Position numbers and translations under genes: made by a program | Assembly (NCBI GenBank): GCA_046861645.1 | Contig: JBHHUM010000003.1 | Span: 1 to 59,764, forward strand | From: Fidelibacterota bacterium | GTDB lineage: Bacteria; Fidelibacterota; Marinisomatia; Marinisomatales; UBA2128 | Reading direction: 5' to 3' | DNA: 59,764 bases | In this document: positions 38,773 through 47,511 of the stretch, piece after piece | How the letters are laid out: every line of letters begins with the position of its first letter | Numbering within the stretch: position 1 is the first letter of the stretch | Notes under the pieces: model-generated | What the model was told of the DNA's origin: nothing | The model's database searches: none | What the model saw: only the letters and a program-made list of their open reading frames with translations

Positions 38773-40426
38773 GAAAAACCCTGATATGTTTCATAAGAAG
38801 AAAAAGCTTTGGCAAGAAGAAGTTGAAAGTTCCTCCAATCGTGATTATAACTTTGATACTGTAAGCGGAAATGAGGTTCTTCCTCTATATTATCCATCTG
38901 AGGGAGATGAAGAATATCTGGAAAAGCTTGGTTTTCCAGGGCAGTATCCTTACACCCGAGGAATCCATGCTAATATGTATCGTGGAAAATTATGGACCAT
39001 GAGACAGTTTTCTGGATTTGGAACTCCTAAGCAAACCAACAGACGATATCATTATCTTTTAAAACAAGGTCAGACAGGGCTCTCAGTAGCCTATGATATG
39101 CCCACACTTATGGGTTATGATACTGATAGTGAACTGGCCCGTGGTGAAGTGGGAAAATGTGGAGTTAATGTTCAGAGCCTGCGTGATATGGAGAATCTGT
39201 TCGAGGGTATTGATCTTGGATCGGTCAGTGTTTCCCAGACGATTAATGGGCCTGCTATCATTTTACTGGCCTTTTATGTAGCAGCTGCGGAAAAACAGGG
39301 AGTGAAAAGGCAAAATCTTCGTGGAACACTTCAGAATGATATACTAAAGGAATTCATTGCCCAGAAGGAATGGATTTATCCCCCCCAGGCGTCAATGAGG
39401 ATCATTACTGACATCATTGAATTTTGTACTCAGGAAATGCCCAAGTTTAATACTATTTCTATTAGTGGTTACCACATTCGCGAAGCAGGATCTACTGCAG
39501 CGCAGGAGTTGGCCTTTACGCTTATGGATGGGTTTTGTTATGTAGAGCATGCTAAGGATCGAGGAATTAATGTGGACAAATTTGCTCCTCGATTATCGTT
39601 TTTTTTCAATTCTCATCTGGACTTTTTTGAAGAGGTAGCAAAATTCCGGGCTGCTCGTCGTATTTGGGCACGTTATATGAAAGAAAAATACGGTGCTAAA
39701 TCGGAGAGGGCGTGGAAATTGAGATTCCATACCCAAACTGCGGGTGCTTCTCTAACAGCACAGCAACCGGAAATCAATATAGCAAGAACGGCTTTTCAAG
39801 CTCTGGCAGCAGTATTGGGTGGTACTCAATCTTTACATACTAATTCCATGGATGAAACACTCGCCCTACCTACCGAAAAGGCTGCTGAAATTGCTCTTCG
39901 GACACAGCAGCTTATAGCCTACGAAACTGGAGTAGCAAATGTTGCGGATCCATTAGGAGGATCGTGGTACATAGAATCACTAACAGATAGAATTGAGGAG
40001 GAAGCTGAGGATTATTTCCAGAAAGTGGAAGCAATGGGTGGAGTCATTGCGGCTATCGAGGATGGCTATTTTCAGAGAGAAATTGCCCGATCAGCCTTTG
40101 AATATGAAAAGAAAATAAATGAAAAAAGCCGTATTGTCGTTGGTGTAAATGATTTTATCAAAGAAGATGAAGATATAGAAATTCCCATTCTAGAGATTGG
40201 CAGGGAAGTTGAGGAAAATCAAAACACGGCTTTAAACAAACTTCGTGAAGAGAGAGATTCACAGGCTGTATCATCTGCTCTCGAGGCAGTAGCTAAGGTT
40301 GCTGCTAAGGAACAAAACCTTGTACCACCCATAATAAAAGCGTCAATTTCTGGGGCAACTTTAGGTGAAATTGTCAATGCCATGAAAAATGTTTTTGGAG
40401 AATGGAAAGAAACACCCGCATTTTAA
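38759..40426 (+). CDS. Methylmalonyl-CoA mutase-family acyl-CoA mutase, catalytic (substrate-binding) subunit without B12-binding domain
   Basis: [48 protein letters not shown] and FHTQTAG. TTG 38759 is preceded by a GGGGG SD; an alternative ATG lies at 38786. Confidence 0.85.
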   Translation: MSSTKKNPDMFHKKKKLWQEEVESSSNRDYNFDTVSGNEVLPLYYPSEGDEEYLEKLGFPGQYPYTRGIHANMYRGKLWTMRQFSGFGTPKQTNRRYHYLLKQGQTGLSVAYDMPTLMGYDTDSELARGEVGKCGVNVQSLRDMENLFEGIDLGSVSVSQTINGPAIILLAFYVAAAEKQGVKRQNLRGTLQNDILKEFIAQKEWIYPPQASMRIITDIIEFCTQEMPKFNTISISGYHIREAGSTAAQELAFTLMDGFCYVEHAKDRGINVDKFAPRLSFFFNSHLDFFEEVAKFRAARRIWARYMKEKYGAKSERAWKLRFHTQTAGASLTAQQPEINIARTAFQALAAVLGGTQSLHTNSMDETLALPTEKAAEIALRTQQLIAYETGVANVADPLGGSWYIESLTDRIEEEAEDYFQKVEAMGGVIAAIEDGYFQREIARSAFEYEKKINEKSRIVVGVNDFIKEDEDIEIPILEIGREVEENQNTALNKLREERDSQAVSSALEAVAKVAAKEQNLVPPIIKASISGATLGEIVNAMKNVFGEWKETPAF

Positions 40427-40450
40427 TGCGTTGTACCAAGGAGGTTAATA

Positions 40451-40846
40451 ATGAAGATCAATAAGTTTGCTATCGTAATTGGAGCAGTTGCTATGGTGGT
40501 AGTGGTTTGGACCCTTACGGGCTTTTCTGAATACGAATTACCTTATGTGACCATTAAGGAACTTCAGGAAGATAGTTTTCATCAACCTGACAAAAGGGTG
40601 AAGATGGGTGGAAATATCGTCGATGGGAGTCGGTTAGAAACTGCAGGGGGATGGCGCTTTGAATTGGCTCAAGATAATCATTCAATACCTGTTCTCTATT
40701 CACAGCAGACTGTACCAGATATGTTTCATAATGAACATGTGGAGGTGATTGTTGAGGGAGTTTACGAGAGGGGTGAATTTCATGCTGATAATCTACTGAC
40801 TAAATGTGCTTCACGGTATGAAGGAGAAATTAAAGAAGAGATCTAA
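40451..40846 (+). CDS. ccmE: Cytochrome c maturation haem chaperone CcmE, Cys (CxxxY) variant
   Basis: N-terminal TM anchor and OB-fold region. The C-terminal LLTKCASRYEG aligns to canonical VLAKHDENY, with Cys119 (TGT 40805-40807) in place of the haem-binding His. Confidence 0.8.
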   Translation: MKINKFAIVIGAVAMVVVVWTLTGFSEYELPYVTIKELQEDSFHQPDKRVKMGGNIVDGSRLETAGGWRFELAQDNHSIPVLYSQQTVPDMFHNEHVEVIVEGVYERGEFHADNLLTKCASRYEGEIKEEI

Positions 40847-40967
40847 CGGTACTACTAATGGATAGTTATAGGGAGGATAGCGTAACAGTCTGAGGAGTAC
40901 CTCATCTCTTACCAACTATCGATTACAAATTATCAGTTACTACTTCCAATAATAGGATTATCAATTC

Positions 40968-42923
40968 ATGGCTATTTACGGCGCTACACTGTTAAATCTG
41001 GCATTAGGACTCGCTGCACTGACTCAAATTGTTTTATTTATACATGTTAAAGGGAAGGATATCCGACTCTTTTATGTTGGACAGAGAATGGCATTGGGTA
41101 CTTCACTTTTGGTGACACTAGCGACCGCCACACTTACTGCTCTCTTGGTGAGAGGTGCATTTGAGATTGATTACGTAGCGCATTACACCAGTAAGGGGAC
41201 ACCTCTACTATATAAATTTGCTGCTGTTTGGGCGGGGCAATCAGGATCTCTTCTATTCTGGTTATTTGTTCTCTCTATCTATTCTGCTGTTGTCATTCTC
41301 CAAAATCAACAAAAACGCTCAGAACTTATGCCCCATGTCTTAGGTGTCTTGACAGGTGTTCAACTATTTTTTCTTTTCATGGTAAATTTTTCTACCAATC
41401 CCTTTTCACCCGTGAATGCTGACTTCATTCCCTCCGATGGCTTAGGATTGAATCCACTTCTACAGAATGTTACCATGGCCATTCACCCTCCCACACTTTA
41501 CCTTGGTTATGTAGGTTTTACAGTACCTTTTGCATTTGCTATAGCGGCTCTGGTAGTTAAGAAAGTGGATTCAGTCTGGGTGCGTAGTATTCGTCGCTGG
41601 ACACTTTTCGCATGGTTATGGCAAAGCGCCGGTATCATACTAGGCGGGTGGTGGGCTTACAATGAATTAGGTTGGGGAGGTTACTGGGCCTGGGATCCAG
41701 TTGAAAATGCCTCCTTTATGCCCTGGTTAACAGGCACGGCATTTGTCCACAGCATTATTATTCAGGAAAAAAAGGACATGCTTAAAACGTGGAATATGAT
41801 TCTGATTATTGTCACGTTTGTATTATGCATTTTTGGTACTTATATCACCCGAAGTGGTGCTGTTTCCTCTGTCCATGCCTTTACTGCAGATAAATTTGGT
41901 CAAATGTTTCTTGCCTTCGTATTAATTGTGATAGGTATCAGTGCTCATCTTGTTATCAGTCGGTGGAAGGTACTGAAGTCTGCTAAAAGGATGGAGTCAT
42001 TATTATCACGGGAGAGTGGATTTCTTTTTAACAACGTGGTTTTTGTTAGCTTATGTTTTGCAATTCTGTGGGGTACCCTTTTTCCACTCATTTCTTTCAA
42101 CCTGATGGGTAGGGAAATTAGTGTCAGCATCCCCTTTTATAATCAAATTGCTGTTCCGGTTGGATTGATCCTGTTGACGTTAGCTGGAGTGGGACCTCTT
42201 TTGGCCTGGCGAAGAACATCCAGGGAAAGTCTGATAAGGAATTTTTCTATTCCAGTGGTATTAGGTTTGATTGTCATTGTATTTGCTTACATTAATGGAA
42301 TCCATTCGATTTATCCTCTTATGACGATAGGTTTAAGTTTCTTTGTTTTAGGTACTATCTTTCTGGAATTTTATCGTGGTATTCGTAGTCGAACCCGAAG
42401 ATTTCGGGAAAGTCCCTTTATAGCTCTGGTGACAATGATTTCAAGGAATCGATCCCGGTATGGAGGGTACATCGTACACTTTGGAATTGTACTGATGTTT
42501 ATTGGTTTTGTTGGCAAAGCATTTGATTCTGATGTTGAAGCTACCCTTACTCGTGGCGAAAAAGTGGAACTTGCAGGTTATGTTTTTACCCTACAAAATG
42601 TTGTAGAAAGAGAACGCTCTAATCACTCTGCTTTGGCTGCTACACTGACCGTGGAAAAAGATAATAAAATCTTGGGTACCCTTCATCCAGAATATAGGAT
42701 TTACTTTCCAGGTACAAACCGGGAACAACAACATAGTGAACTCGATTTGAATACGGGTATTTTAGCTGATATTTATACGGTCTTTTCTGGTGCAGATCAC
42801 AACCGTGGTTTGTATGCTATTAAAATAATGATTAATCCATTGGTGTGGTGGGTATGGATGGGGGGATATTTTTTAGTAGCAGGAACTCTCATTGCAATCT
42901 GGCCAAGAAAGAAAAAGGAATAA
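40968..42923 (+). CDS. ccmF: Cytochrome c-type biogenesis protein CcmF
   Basis: 651 aa, polytopic. The WWD-type motif WGGYWAWDPVENASFMPW is present. Confidence 0.9.
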   Translation: MAIYGATLLNLALGLAALTQIVLFIHVKGKDIRLFYVGQRMALGTSLLVTLATATLTALLVRGAFEIDYVAHYTSKGTPLLYKFAAVWAGQSGSLLFWLFVLSIYSAVVILQNQQKRSELMPHVLGVLTGVQLFFLFMVNFSTNPFSPVNADFIPSDGLGLNPLLQNVTMAIHPPTLYLGYVGFTVPFAFAIAALVVKKVDSVWVRSIRRWTLFAWLWQSAGIILGGWWAYNELGWGGYWAWDPVENASFMPWLTGTAFVHSIIIQEKKDMLKTWNMILIIVTFVLCIFGTYITRSGAVSSVHAFTADKFGQMFLAFVLIVIGISAHLVISRWKVLKSAKRMESLLSRESGFLFNNVVFVSLCFAILWGTLFPLISFNLMGREISVSIPFYNQIAVPVGLILLTLAGVGPLLAWRRTSRESLIRNFSIPVVLGLIVIVFAYINGIHSIYPLMTIGLSFFVLGTIFLEFYRGIRSRTRRFRESPFIALVTMISRNRSRYGGYIVHFGIVLMFIGFVGKAFDSDVEATLTRGEKVELAGYVFTLQNVVERERSNHSALAATLTVEKDNKILGTLHPEYRIYFPGTNREQQHSELDLNTGILADIYTVFSGADHNRGLYAIKIMINPLVWWVWMGGYFLVAGTLIAIWPRKKKE

Positions 42924-42924
42924 C

Positions 42925-43206
42925 ATGTTTGCTGAAATCATGATTATAGTGACCTTCGTAGTACTTGTAATATTTATTATTCAACCGCTATTTTCTTCAC
43001 AAGTTGTTGATATTGTTGACGAAATAGATAGTGAAAAACAAACTCTTCTTCTCCGGAAGGAAAGCTTTTATAGACAGATAAAAGAGGCGGAGATGGAGCA
43101 TGACATGGGTAACTTATCTCTTGAAGATTATAAGAGAACCAGGCAACAGTTAAAGGAAGAGGTCTCCCAGATTATTGATGCAATAGAGCGACAAGGAAAG
43201 AAATAG
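42925..43206 (+). CDS. Small bitopic protein resembling the N-terminal (CcmI-1) module of CcmI/CycH
   Basis: ATG lies 1 nt after the ccmF stop. One TM (IMIIVTFVVLVIFIIQPLF) is followed by a charged helix ...IKEAEMEHDMGNLSLEDYKRTRQQLKEE (compare the CcmI pattern L.eL..D...G.l...ey). Located inside the ccm operon. Confidence 0.4.
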   Translation: MFAEIMIIVTFVVLVIFIIQPLFSSQVVDIVDEIDSEKQTLLLRKESFYRQIKEAEMEHDMGNLSLEDYKRTRQQLKEEVSQIIDAIERQGKK

Positions 43207-43238
43207 TACCTTAGTTAGCTCTGCTATACACTTACTTC

Positions 43239-43883
43239 ATGCTTGATATTAGAAATCTTAGCAAATCTTTTTACATGAAACCTGTTTTGAGGAAAGTGTC
43301 CCTTAAAGTAGAAGAGGGTGAAACTATTGGTATTGTAGGGCCTAACGGAGCTGGAAAAACTACTTTTTTGAGAATTTTAGCGCGAATCTCAGCATCGGAT
43401 TCGGGAGAAGCTTTCCTTTATGGACAATCGTTATTCAAGGGATCGCCTCAATCCAGAGCTTATGTACTTTTCATTAGCCATCAACCCAATCTATATCCGG
43501 TTTTGACTGGGGAGGAAAACCTAAAACTTACAACCCAATTATATGGTCAGTCCAAATCACGGGATGAAATTGCTTCAGCCTTAGCAATGGTAGGACTGAG
43601 TCTACATCGGTGGGATCCAATCAGGAACTACTCTCGGGGAATGTTGCAGAGATTGGGCTTGGCCAAGGCTTTATTGGTTCCTTGGAAATTACTTTTATTG
43701 GACGAACCAACAACAGGATTGGATGAAGAAGGTAGCCTACTTCTCGAGGAATTTCTCTTTCAATGGCAGGAAGATAATCGTAGTATGATAATTGTTTCCC
43801 ATGATAATCAGTGGCTCAAGAAATTCTGTTCCATGATCTATCAGCTAAATGATGGAATTCTGAAAATTTATCAAACTGCTTAG
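43239..43883 (+). CDS. ccmA: Haem-exporter ABC ATPase CcmA
   Basis: Walker A GPNGAGKTT, degenerate signature YSRGMLQR, Walker B LLLLDEPTTGLD. Followed by ccmB and ccmC. Confidence 0.8.
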   Translation: MLDIRNLSKSFYMKPVLRKVSLKVEEGETIGIVGPNGAGKTTFLRILARISASDSGEAFLYGQSLFKGSPQSRAYVLFISHQPNLYPVLTGEENLKLTTQLYGQSKSRDEIASALAMVGLSLHRWDPIRNYSRGMLQRLGLAKALLVPWKLLLLDEPTTGLDEEGSLLLEEFLFQWQEDNRSMIIVSHDNQWLKKFCSMIYQLNDGILKIYQTA

Positions 43884-43891
43884 GTTAAGTT

Positions 43892-44554
43892 GTGTTTTTA
43901 GCATTGTTAAAGAAGGATCTCTTAATTGAACTCAGGACTAAAGAAATAGTTATTTCCATGATTGCTTTTGGAGTATCAGTTATCCTTTTATACTCCTTTT
44001 CTTTTAATGAATCTCCCCAGACATTTTCTATTTTTGCAGCAGGACTTTTATGGATGGTTTTTCTATTTATCTCCGTTCTAGGTTTACACCGCTCTTTTTC
44101 TCTCGAAAAGGAGTTTGATGCCATTGGCCTTGTTTTATCAGCTCCCGTGGACAGATCATTAATTTTCCTTAGTAAGTGGATTAGCGGGTTTCTCTTTCTT
44201 TTGATAGCTCAAATCATCATTGTTCCCCTTTTCTGGTTATTCCTTGATCTGGATATACCTACTCAGGTTGGTTATTGGCTAGCCAGCTTTGTATTTACTG
44301 ATTTGGGGATTGCTTCCATCGGAAGTCTGATAGCAGGGATCACTTTACGAGCCCGAATGAGTGAAGTATTATTGCCTATTCTACTTTTTCCCTTGGTTTC
44401 GCCCTTATTAATTGCGACGGTGAAGTCCACCAATGCACTTATGGAAGGGTTGCCCTTTAGTGAATGGAAGATTTGGGGAGCTGTTATTGTCACTTTTGTC
44501 ATTGCCTTTTCAGTAGCTGGTGTCTTAATCTTTGACTACGTTAGCGAGGAATAG
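43892..44554 (+). CDS. ccmB: Haem-exporter membrane protein CcmB
   Basis: GTG start, ~6 TM, N-terminus LLKKDLLIELRTKE typical of CcmB. Position between ccmA and ccmC. Confidence 0.75.
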   Translation: MFLALLKKDLLIELRTKEIVISMIAFGVSVILLYSFSFNESPQTFSIFAAGLLWMVFLFISVLGLHRSFSLEKEFDAIGLVLSAPVDRSLIFLSKWISGFLFLLIAQIIIVPLFWLFLDLDIPTQVGYWLASFVFTDLGIASIGSLIAGITLRARMSEVLLPILLFPLVSPLLIATVKSTNALMEGLPFSEWKIWGAVIVTFVIAFSVAGVLIFDYVSEE

Positions 44555-45243
44555 TGAAGTCATTTAATTCACAGCGTACCCCCCAAATTATGGCAATGGT
44601 GATACTTCTTATGTTCGGCGTGGGTCTTAAATTAGTCATTGATTATTCTCTCACTGTTGATAAGGAGGCTGGTTTTTTATGGGCACAGAAAATATTTTAT
44701 TACCATGTACCATCGGCATGGACTGCCTTTTTAGCTTACTTTATAGTGATGGTAGCGGGTATTCAGTTTCTTCGTACAGGTAACAGGAAGTGGGATCAAA
44801 TCGGCGTCTCTGCCGCAGAGATTGGAACACTTTTCTGCTTATTGGTGTTGATTACCGGACCTATCTGGGCTCAAGCCGCATGGGGTAAACCTTGGACATG
44901 GGAACCGCGCCTGCTTACTACCTTAATCCTTTTTCTGTTATACGTAGGCTATTTTATGTTACGTCAGTTTGGTGGTTACTATGAAAGAGTGGCACGTAAT
45001 TCAGCAGTTCTGGGAATTATTGCCTTTCTTGATGTACCTATTGTCTATTTCTCTCTGTATCTTTGGAGCGCAGATGCCCAAGCTCATCCTCAATTAGCAA
45101 TGAGCCAGCAGTCAGATTTGGTATTAAATGTTTTCTTTTTCAATTTGGCAACTTTTACCCTATTATTCTCTTATTTGTTATGGTACCGTGTACATATTTT
45201 GAAACTCAAGCAAAAGCAAATGGAGATGATACATGGACTATAA
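44554..45243 (+). CDS. ccmC: Haem lyase/exporter subunit CcmC
   Basis: WWD-type motif WGKPWTWEPRLLTT (E where D is usual). Conserved His contexts YYHVP and AHPQ. GTG start overlaps the ccmB stop. Confidence 0.8.
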   Translation: MKSFNSQRTPQIMAMVILLMFGVGLKLVIDYSLTVDKEAGFLWAQKIFYYHVPSAWTAFLAYFIVMVAGIQFLRTGNRKWDQIGVSAAEIGTLFCLLVLITGPIWAQAAWGKPWTWEPRLLTTLILFLLYVGYFMLRQFGGYYERVARNSAVLGIIAFLDVPIVYFSLYLWSADAQAHPQLAMSQQSDLVLNVFFFNLATFTLLFSYLLWYRVHILKLKQKQMEMIHGL

Positions 45244-45391
45244 GCACCTGGGCTACTTTATTACGGTCTGTACAGTTGTTTTTGGAGCCATAATCTTATG
45301 GTGGTTGAAAATGTTCTTTACGGAGCGGAAAATACTTAAACGAATTGCTATGTTGACAGAAGAACACCCTTTGTCGGAGGAACAGAAGTGA
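45233..45391 (+). CDS. ccmD: CcmD-like small membrane protein (52 aa; below the ORF-track length cutoff)
   Basis: My own translation: MDYKHLGYFITVCTVVFGAIILWWLKMFFTERKILKRIAMLTEEHPLSEEQK. It has a single TM followed by a basic ERKILKRI segment, as in CcmD. It overlaps the ccmC end by 11 nt, and its TGA overlaps the next gene's GTG. Confidence 0.55.
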   Translation: MDYKHLGYFITVCTVVFGAIILWWLKMFFTERKILKRIAMLTEEHPLSEEQK

Positions 45392-46455
45392 GTAAACATA
45401 TTGTCCATGTAGTAGGTACTGGGACGATTGGTGAACCTCTTATTGGTCTTTTAAGTGATTACAGTAAAGAGTTGGGTATTGATGAAGTTACTTTTCATAA
45501 GAATTCCCCTCTTAAGTATGAGCGAGCTAAAGTCAATGATTTGCTTTCTCGGGGTGCCAGGCTGGCGGTTTATGAGGAGAGGTGGGAAGGGTTTAAAGAA
45601 ATTGGCATTGAACCTGAATTTGAAGCTGAAGAGGCTATCAGTCGAGCCAGTGTTGTTATTGACTGTACTCCGAAAGGTTATGGTCACAAGAATAAGCATC
45701 TTTATTACGAAAAATTCGCTCATAAGGTCAAAGGGTTTATTGCCCAGGGGAGTGAACATGGGTTTGGATTGAAATATGCTCGTGGTATCAACGATGAAGC
45801 GCTACAGCAAAATGATAACCAGTATGTTCAAGTGGTCTCCTGTAATACTCATAATATTGCATCACTGACAAACACATTATCTTTTTTTGATGATGTTGAT
45901 ACCCTCGACGAAGGGCGATTTAACTGCATTCGACGGGCTTCAGATATCAGTCAAACAACTTCTTTTATTCCTTCACCAGAAGTGGGTGTCCATGAAACAA
46001 TAGGATTTGGTACTCATCATGCTAGAGATGCTTTTCTACTATTCCAGACAATCAACCGAGCACCCCATCTATTTTCTTCGGTTATAAAAATCAATTCACA
46101 ATATATGCATATAATCTGGTTCAGCTTGAGATTAACTGAGAAAATCACCTTACAGGAAGTTATCGATCGTATGGAAGCCAATCCTCTCATTGCCTTGACT
46201 GAGAAGAAAACCAGTAATACCGTTTTTTCTTTTGGTAGAGATCACGGTCACTACGGAAGAATATTGAATCAAACAGTGGTTTCTGTGCCGACACTTGCTG
46301 TTCATAATGGCAATGAAATTGTCGGCTTCTGTTTTACTCCACAGGATGGCAATTCGCTCCTAAGTTCTATCGCTGCAACTTGTTTCTATATGTATCCTGA
46401 CAGCTATCAGGAAAAAATCCAATGTCTGCGACATCTCTTTTTCAGTGAGGTTTAA
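45388..46455 (+). CDS. Class II (archaeal-type) glyceraldehyde-3-phosphate dehydrogenase-like oxidoreductase
   Basis: Rossmann N-terminus VHVVGTGTIGEP. VVIDCTPKGYGHKNKHLYYEK, YVQVVSCNTHNI (catalytic SCNT motif), HHARD and YMHIIWF parallel archaeal GAPDH blocks. GGAGGA lies 6 nt before the GTG. Confidence 0.5.
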   Translation: MSKHIVHVVGTGTIGEPLIGLLSDYSKELGIDEVTFHKNSPLKYERAKVNDLLSRGARLAVYEERWEGFKEIGIEPEFEAEEAISRASVVIDCTPKGYGHKNKHLYYEKFAHKVKGFIAQGSEHGFGLKYARGINDEALQQNDNQYVQVVSCNTHNIASLTNTLSFFDDVDTLDEGRFNCIRRASDISQTTSFIPSPEVGVHETIGFGTHHARDAFLLFQTINRAPHLFSSVIKINSQYMHIIWFSLRLTEKITLQEVIDRMEANPLIALTEKKTSNTVFSFGRDHGHYGRILNQTVVSVPTLAVHNGNEIVGFCFTPQDGNSLLSSIAATCFYMYPDSYQEKIQCLRHLFFSEV

Positions 46456-46491
46456 TCAATTTCCTGAAACCTATGGAATTATGATTACGAT

Positions 46492-47442
46492 ATGAAAGTA
46501 ATTGATTACATAGAGAAGACCAATTCCACATTGATGAGTTATGAAATCATCCCTCCATTACGGGGTGGTAATGCTCAGGAAATTTTTAATCTAGTAGAAA
46601 AGTTAATGCCTTATGAACCCCCATTCATAGATTTGACCAGTCGGGCAGCGGAAGTAAGCTATGATGATCTCCCTAATGGGACAGTAAAACGGCATATCCG
46701 TCGAAAACGGCCTGGGACAATCGGATTGAGTGCTGCAATAAAGAACCGTTTTAATGTAGAAACAGTTCCTCATTTGTTATGTCGTGGATTTACTCGTGAA
46801 GAAACTGAAGATGCTCTTATTGAGCTTCACTATCTGGGTATAAATAATGTGCTTGCTGTCAGGGGTGATGAATTGAGAAAAGATCGTAATAATCAGCCTG
46901 GGAAATCCTATAATCGATTTACCTCAGACTTGGTTAAGCAGATCAAAGACATGAATAGAGGCAAATATTTAGAGGAGGATCTGGTTGATACGTATTCTAC
47001 GGATTTTTGTATTGGAGTTGGAGGATATCCAGAGAAACATTTTGAAGCTCCTAACCTGATGGTTGATTTGCAGAACCTGAAGAAAAAAATTGAAGTCGGT
47101 GCAGACTACATCGTGACTCAAATGTTTTTTGATAACAAACCATTTTTTGAATTCACTGAGAAAGCAAGAGCGATTGGAATAGATGTACCCATTATTCCTG
47201 GAATAAAAATAGTAACCAAGAAATCTCATCTAACTACCATCCCTAAGAATTTTTTCGTAGATATTCCCGAAGATCTTGTTACAAAGATTACTAAGTTACC
47301 TAAAGAAGAGGTGTATGAAGCAGGAGTACAATGGACACTGGAGCAAGTGCAGGAGTTGGTGGGATTCGGTGTACCTTGTGTTCACTTCTATATTATGCAA
47401 GATACCGCTGCTGTCACGCGGGTGGTTAGCGAATTTAAGTAA
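46492..47442 (+). CDS. metF: Methylenetetrahydrofolate reductase
   Basis: SYEIIPPLRG...FIDLTS..., HLLCRGFTREE, VLAVRGD and ADYIVTQMFFD motifs (Bacteroidetes-style MetF). Confidence 0.85.
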   Translation: MKVIDYIEKTNSTLMSYEIIPPLRGGNAQEIFNLVEKLMPYEPPFIDLTSRAAEVSYDDLPNGTVKRHIRRKRPGTIGLSAAIKNRFNVETVPHLLCRGFTREETEDALIELHYLGINNVLAVRGDELRKDRNNQPGKSYNRFTSDLVKQIKDMNRGKYLEEDLVDTYSTDFCIGVGGYPEKHFEAPNLMVDLQNLKKKIEVGADYIVTQMFFDNKPFFEFTEKARAIGIDVPIIPGIKIVTKKSHLTTIPKNFFVDIPEDLVTKITKLPKEEVYEAGVQWTLEQVQELVGFGVPCVHFYIMQDTAAVTRVVSEFK

Positions 47443-47511
47443 CTTTTTTACTGTTATTTATTCTGAAATTCCCCACAACAAAAGGGAACTCGCCGTAAAT
47501 TGTAACCATCC

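Noticed and set aside
40861-40920. Short inverted repeats lie in the ccmE-ccmF spacer: gatagtt/aactatc at 40861-67/40914-20, and tgagg-agta-cctca at 40891-40904.
   Set aside because: The stems are only 5-7 bp with no U-tract. They are not distinguishable from chance by eye.
45063-45293. A 76-aa + strand ORF overlaps the end of ccmC.
   Set aside because: It is out of frame with ccmC and with the CcmD-like ORF, and its translation has no membrane or known motif. The ccmC and ccmD frames explain the region.
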